From Balanoglossus misakiensis (lineage: Eukaryota; Animalia; Hemichordata), in the NCBI GenBank assembly GCA_040954595.2, contig CM082577.2, positions 2,869,603 through 2,933,602 of the forward strand: DNA of 64,000 nucleotides, written 5' to 3'. Below, in pieces: positions 57,310-64,000 of the stretch. Below the pieces are notes generated by a model. It was not told where the DNA came from. It searched no databases and saw only the letters and a program-made list of their open reading frames with translations. Both the position numbers and the translations under genes were made by a program. Every line of letters begins with the position of its first letter. Within the stretch, counting starts at the first letter, position 1.

Positions 57310-58467
57310 GGGTAGCTGGTAGTTAGTGAGGGTTTTGTAGTGAGGCAGAGTACGATAATGGTTGTAATGGCATGTATACAGTAGTTTTCTTGTATGGCGG
57401 AGAATCCTTCGACATCAGCATAATTCTACTACATGAAGTTAGTGTACAGGGTGTTCTATTCATCTCCGGCATGAAGTGGCAATAATCTTGACATTCCATG
57501 AGAAATACTGAAATCTTTCTAAACAAAACAGAATTTTTTTCCAAGACTCAAGGATGGCTTTTTGTGTATATCTACCATATCAGTTCTTTCTTTGGATGAC
57601 AACGAAACATACTTTCAGAATAAGCAACATTCAAATGATATACATGATGAAAGATCCGCAATGCATGTTGGTGGGCAGAGCCTGGATGTTAAAACATGCC
57701 ATTATAAGAATTACCAGTGTCGAGTTTGTCTAGTGCGTTTGATGTCGTCTCAAGCACAGAAGACGTCTGTTAATTCTAGAAATCAACAGTCACTTAATTC
57801 TCAGTGGAATCATAGACTCTAGGGTCTATGGTGGAATGAATGGGGAATTTTTTTTTATGAAATTCCCAAATATGTACAGTGTGTTTTATGTGGATATAAC
57901 TTTAGATTGTACATAAGGAATTTCTTATTTAAAAAGCGTCTCAGGTGATAATAAGCGAACAAAGGAATGATTTTCATGAAGCTCGGGATAACAGGTTCAT
58001 AAATCGAAATATTGGGTTTATATGTGTACATGTACATATTAAGAGAAGAATCAATTTCAACTTAAAGTGTTGAGGTTTTTTTGGTGTTACTTTTGAGGTT
58101 ATGCTTTTGTATCACTTTTTTTGGTACATTGTGTTTATGTAAACTATTTTTTTCCAGTTTGTTTTGCTAGTAGTTGTCATTGTCTAAGATGATTAATTTG
58201 TTTTCAGACTTTCTCTGGAGTACAGTGTATATGGTTGTTTTGTTGTACATAAATGCATTTGTGAATATTTTTGTGAGAGTGTTTTTTTGGGGGGAAAATT
58301 GTTGTGAGTTTTGCACATATTCCTATTTGGATAATCCAGCATTATTTTTTGATTTGTGAAGCATGTTTTTTCTGGCAAGTTTATAAAAAGAAATTACCAG
58401 TGTAAATGCATGTTCTTCCTTGTTATAAATCTAGAAAAACAAAACACATCTTGTCTGTTTTATTTTT

Positions 58468-58496
58468 AGGTCCCATTGGTTTATACCATGGGACCT
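58468..58496. mobile_element. hairpin at satellite boundary, Helentron/HINE-like terminus
   Basis: TTTTT-AGGTCCCAT(T)GGT-ttat-ACCATGGGACCT directly before the first satellite monomer. Confidence 0.5.
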
Positions 58497-58501
58497 TATG
58501 G

Positions 58502-61500
58502 GAAAAATTGTCTTCTGTGGATGATTTTCATGAGCTATAACCCATGATTTTTTCAAAAAATGAAGAAATTTTGAAATTTCGGAAAGTCGAAAAATTGTCA
58601 TCTGTGGATGATTTTCATGAGCTATAACCCATGATTTTTTCAGAAAATGAAGAAATTTTGAAATTTCGGAAAGTCGAAAATTTGTCATCTGTGGATGATT
58701 TTCATGAGCTATAACCCATGATTTTTTCAAAAAATGAAGAAATTTTGAAATTTCGGAAAGTCGAAAAATTGTCATTTGTGGATGATTTTCATGAGCTATA
58801 ACCCATGATTTTTTCAAAAAATGAAGAAATTTTGAAATTTCGGAAAGTCGAAAAATTGTCATTTTTGGATGATTTTCATGAGCTATAACCCATGATTTTT
58901 TCAAAAAATGAAGAAATTTTGAAATTTCGGAAAGTCGAAAAATTGTCATTTTTGGATGATTTTCATGAGCTATAACCCATGATTTTTTCAAAAAATGAAG
59001 AAATTTTGAAATTTCGGAAAGTAGAAAAATTGTCATTTGTGGATGATTTTCATGAGCTATAACCCATGATTTTTTCAAAAAATGAAGAAATTTTGAAATT
59101 TCGGAAAGTCGAAAATTTGTCATTTGTGGATGATTTTCATGAGCTATAACCTATGATTTTTTCAAAAAATGAAGAAATTTTGAAATTTCGGAAAGTCGAA
59201 AATTTGTCATTTGTGGATGATTTTCATGAGCTATAACCCATGATTTTTTCAAAAAATGAAGAAATTTTGAAATTTCGGAAAGTCGAAAATTTGTCATTTG
59301 TGGATGATTTTCATGAGCTATAACCCATGATTTTTTCAAAAAATGAAGAAATTTTGAAATTTCGGAAAGTCGAAAAATTGTCATTTGTGGATGATTTTCA
59401 TGAGCTATAACCCATGATTTTTTCAAAAAATGAAGAAATTTTGAAATTTCGGAAAGTCGAAAAATTGTCATTTGTGGATGATTTTCATGAGCTATAACCC
59501 ATGATTTTTTCAAAAAACGAAGAAATTTTGAAATTTCGGAAAGTCGAAAAATTGTCATTTGTGGATGATTTTCATGAGCTATAACCCATGATTTTTTCAA
59601 AAAATGAAGAAATTTTGAAATTTCGGAAAGTCGAAAATTTGTCATTTTTGGATGATTTTCATGAGCTATAACCCATGATTTTTTTCAAAAAATGAAGAAA
59701 TTTTGAAATTTCGGAAAGTCGAAAAATTGTCATTTTTGGATGATTTTCATGAGCTATAACCCATGATTTTTTCAAAAAATGAAGAAATTTTGAAATTTCG
59801 GAAAGTCGAAAAATTGTCATTTTTGGATGATTTTCATGAGCTATAACCCATGATTTTTTCAAAAAATGAAGAAATTTTGAAATTTCGGAAAGTAGAAAAA
59901 TTGTCATTTGTGGATGATTTTCATGAGCTATAACCCATGATTTTTTCAAAAAATGAAGAAATTTTGAAATTTCGGAAAGTCGAAAATTTGTCATTTGTGG
60001 ATGATTTTCATGAGCTATAACCTATGATTTTTTCAAAAAATGAAGAAATTTTGAAATTTCGGAAAGTCGAAAATTTGTCATTTGTGGATGATTTTCATGA
60101 GCTATAACCCATGATTTTTTCAAAAAATGAAGAAATTTTGAAATTTCGGAAAGTCGAAAATTTGTCATTTGTGGATGATTTTCATTAGCTATAACCCATG
60201 ATTTTTTCAAAAAATGAAGAAATTTTGAAATTTCGGAAAGTCGAAAAATTGTCATTTGTGGATGATTTTCATGAGCTATAACCCATGATTTTTTCAAAAA
60301 ATGAAGAAATTTTGAAATTTCGGAAAGTCGAAAAATTGTCATTTGTGGATGATTTTCATGAGCTATAACCCATGATTTTTTCAAAAAACGAAGAAATTTT
60401 GAAATTTCGGAAAGTCGAAAAATTGTCATTTGTGGATGATTTTCATGAGCTATAACCCATGATTTTTTCAAAAAATGAAGAAATTTTGAAATTTCGGAAA
60501 GTCGAAAAATTGTCATTTGTGGATGATTTTCATGAGCTATAACCCATGATTTTTTCAAAAAATGAAGAAATTTTGAAATTTCGGAAAGTCGAAAATTTGT
60601 CATTTGTGGATGATTTTCATGAGCTATAACCCATGATTTTTTCAAAAAATGAAGAAATTTTGAAATTTCGGAAAGTCGAAAATTTGTCATTTGTGGATGA
60701 TTTTCATGAGCTATAACCCATGATTTTTTCAAAAAATGAAGAAATTTTGAAATTTCGGAAAGTCGAAAATTTGTCATTTGTGGATGATTTTCATGAGCTA
60801 TAACCCATGATTTTTTCAAAAAATGAAGAAATTTTGAAATTTCGGAAAGTCGAAAATTTGTCATTTGTGGATGATTTTCATGAGCTATAACCCATGATTT
60901 TTTCAAAAAATGAAGAAATTTTGAAATTTCGGAAAGTCGAAAATTTGTCATTTTTGGATGATTTTCATGAGCTATAACCCATGATTTTTTCAAAAAATGA
61001 AGAAATTTTGAAATTTCGGAAAGTCGAAAAATTGTCATTTTTGGATGATTTTCATGAGCTATAACCCATGATTTTTTCAAAAAATGAAGAAATTTTGAAA
61101 TTTCGGAAAGTCGAAAATTTGTCATTTGTGGATGATTTTCATGAGCTATAACCCATGATTTTTTCAAAAAATGAAGAAATTTTGAAATTTCGGAAAGTCG
61201 AAAAATTGTCATTTGTGGATGATTTTCATGAGCTATAACCCATGATTTTTTCAAAAAATGAAGAAATTTTGAAATTTCGGAAAGTCGAAAAATTGTCATT
61301 TGTGGATGATTTTCATGTGCTATAACCCATGATTTTTTCAAAAAATGAAGAAATTTTGAAATTTCGGAAAGTCGAAAATTTGTCATTTGTGGATGATTTT
61401 CATGAGCTATAACCCATGATTTTTTCAAAAAATGAAGAAATTTTGAAATTTCGGAAAGTCGAAAATTTGTCATTTGTGGATGATTTTCATGAGCTATAAC

Positions 61501-64000
61501 CCATGATTTTTTCAAAAAATGAAGAAATTTTGAAATTTCGGAAAGTCGAAAATTTGTCATTTGTGGATGATTTTCATGAGCTATAACCCATGATTTTTTC
61601 AAAAAATGAAGAAATTTTGAAATTTCGGAAAGTCGAAAATTTGTCATTTGTGGATGATTTTCATGAGCTATAACCCATGATTTTTTCAAAAAATGAAGAA
61701 ATTTTGAAATTTCGGAAAGTCGAAAAATTGTCATTTGTGGATGATTTTCATGAGCTATAACCCATGATTTTTTCAAAAAATGAAGAAATTTTGAAATTTC
61801 GGAAAGTCGAAAATTTGTCATTTGTGGATGATTTTCATGAGCTATAACCCATGATTTTTTCAAAAAATGAAGAAATTTTGAAATTTCGGAAAGTCGAAAA
61901 TTTGTCATTTGTGGATGATTTTCATGAGCTATAACCCATGATTTTTTCAAAAAATGAAGAAATTTTGAAATTTCGGAAAGTCGAAAAATTGTCATTTGTG
62001 GATGATTTTCATGTGCTATAACCCATGATTTTTTCAAAAAATGAAGAAATTTTGAAATTTCGGAAAGTCGAAAATTTGTCATTTGTGGATGATTTTCATG
62101 AGCTATAACCCATGATTTTTTCAAAAAATGAAGAAATTTTGAAATTTCGGAAAGTCGAAAATTTGTCATTTGTGGATGATTTTCATGAGCTATAACCCAT
62201 GATTTTTTCAAAAAATGAAGAAATTTTGAAATTTCGGAAAGTCGAAAATTTGTCATTTGTGGATGATTTTCATGAGCTATAACCCATGATTTTTTCAAAA
62301 AATGAAGAAATTTTGAAATTTCGGAAAGTCGAAAATTTGTCATTTGTGGATGATTTTCATGAGCTATAACCCATGATTTTTTCAAAAAATGAAGAAATTT
62401 TGAAATTTCGGAAAGTCGAAAATTTGTCATTTGTGGATGATTTTCATGAGCTATAACCCATGATTTTTTCAAAAAATGAAGAAATTTTGAAATTTCGGAA
62501 AGTCGAAAATTTGTCATTTGTGGATGATTTTCATGAGCTATAACCCATGATTTTTTCAAAAAATGAAGAAATTTTGAAATTTCGGAAAGTCGAAAATTTG
62601 TCATTTGTGGATGATTTTCATGAGCTATAACCCATGATTTTTTCAAAAAATGAAGAAATTTTGAAATTTCGGAAAGTCGAAAATTTGTCATTTGTGGATG
62701 ATTTTCATGAGCTATAACCCATGATTTTTTCAAAAAATGAAGAAATTTTGAAATTTCGGAAAGTCGAAAATTTGTCATTTGTGGATGATTTTCATGAGCT
62801 ATAACCCATGATTTTTTCAAAAAATGAAGAAATTTTGAAATTTCGGAAAGTCGAAAATTTGTCATTTGTGGATGATTTTCATGAGCTATAACCCATGATT
62901 TTTTCAAAAAATGAAGAAATTTTGAAATTTCGGAAAGTCGAAAATTTGTCATTTGTGGATGATTTTCATGAGCTATAACCCATGATTTTTTCAAAAAATG
63001 AAGAAATTTTGAAATTTCGGAAAGTCGAAAATTTGTCATTTGTGGATGATTTTCATGAGCTATAACCCATGATTTTTTCAAAAAATGAAGAAATTTTGAA
63101 ATTTCGGAAAGTCGAAAATTTGTCATTTGTGGATGATTTTCATGAGCTATAACCCATGATTTTTTCAAAAAATGAAGAAATTTTGAAATTTCGGAAAGTC
63201 GAAAATTGTCATTTGTGGATGATTTTCATGAGCTATAACCCATGATTTTTTCAAAAAATGAAGAAATTTTGAAATTTCGGAAAGTCGAAAATTTGTCATT
63301 TGTGGATGATTTTCATGAGCTATAACCCATGATTTTTTCAAAAAATGAAGAAATTTTGAAATTTCGGAAAGTCGAAAATTTGTCATTTGTGGATGATTTT
63401 CATGAGCTATAACCCATGATTTTTTCAAAAAATGAAGAAATTTTGAAATTTCGGAAAGTCGAAAATTTGTCATTTGTGGATGATTTTCATGAGCTATAAC
63501 CCATGATTTTTTCAAAAAATGAAGAAATTTTGAAATTTCGGAAAGTCGAAAATTTGTCATTTGTGGATGATTTTCATGAGCTATAACCCATGATTTTTTC
63601 AAAAAATGAAGAAATTTTGAAATTTCGGAAAGTCGAAAATTTGTCATTTGTGGATGATTTTCATGAGCTATAACCCATGATTTTTTCAAAAAATGAAGAA
63701 ATTTTGAAATTTCGGAAAGTCGAAAAATTGTCATTTGTGGATGATTTTCATGAGCTATAACCCATGATTTTTTCAAAAAATGAAGAAATTTTGAAATTTC
63801 GGAAAGTCGAAAATTGTCATTTTGGATGATTTTCATGACTCTCACAGATGTTCTCTCTGAATTTGGAAAGTCGAAAAATTGTCATTTTGGATGATTTTCA
63901 TGACTCTCAGAGATGTGTATCTCTCATATGTGTTCAAAAATTGTAGAAATTTGTAAAATTTCGGATAGTCGAATATTGTCATTTTTGGATGCTTTTCATG
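58502..64000. repeat. AT-rich 87-bp tandem satellite, ~61 near-identical monomers, diverging after ~63840
   Basis: gagctataa at 58532 and 58619 (87 bp period); monomer tttcggaaagtcgaaaa(a/t)ttgtcatttgtggatgattttcatgagctataacccatgattttttcaaaaaatgaagaaattttgaaa. Confidence 0.98.

Noticed and set aside
58502-63840. CRISPR-like regular repeats
   Set aside because: Head-to-tail monomers with no unique spacers, no cas genes, eukaryotic context
58431-63845. Long minus-strand ORFs (up to 1048 aa) of a 29-aa repeat
   Set aside because: Artefact of an 87-bp (3n) satellite monomer lacking stops in one frame; interrupted by TAG variants and 1-bp indels; no gene context

Overview
Eukaryotic (animal, probably invertebrate deuterostome; taxon is my impression only) genomic DNA with spliced genes, so most short ORFs in the track are exon fragments or noise. 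In order: 3' part of a GH31 lysosomal alpha-glucosidase (+); a complete xanthine dehydrogenase/aldehyde oxidase-family gene with a rewired Mo active site and two consecutive U12-type introns (-); an orphan 2-TM protein gene (-); a CR1/L2 LINE remnant; an SLC23/NAT nucleobase transporter (+); a Gfo/Idh/MocA oxidoreductase (-); three tandem paralogues encoding secreted FOLN-Kazal / unnamed 8-Cys module / Kunitz proteins with unusual P1 residues (+); a cytosolic sulfotransferase (+); SIRT7 (+); and a >5.4 kb 87-bp satellite array with higher-order structure that starts at a Helentron/HINE-like hairpin. Several MITEs occur, including a 58-bp perfect hairpin with a 9-bp TSD. Exon boundaries were read by eye and are unverified by transcripts.
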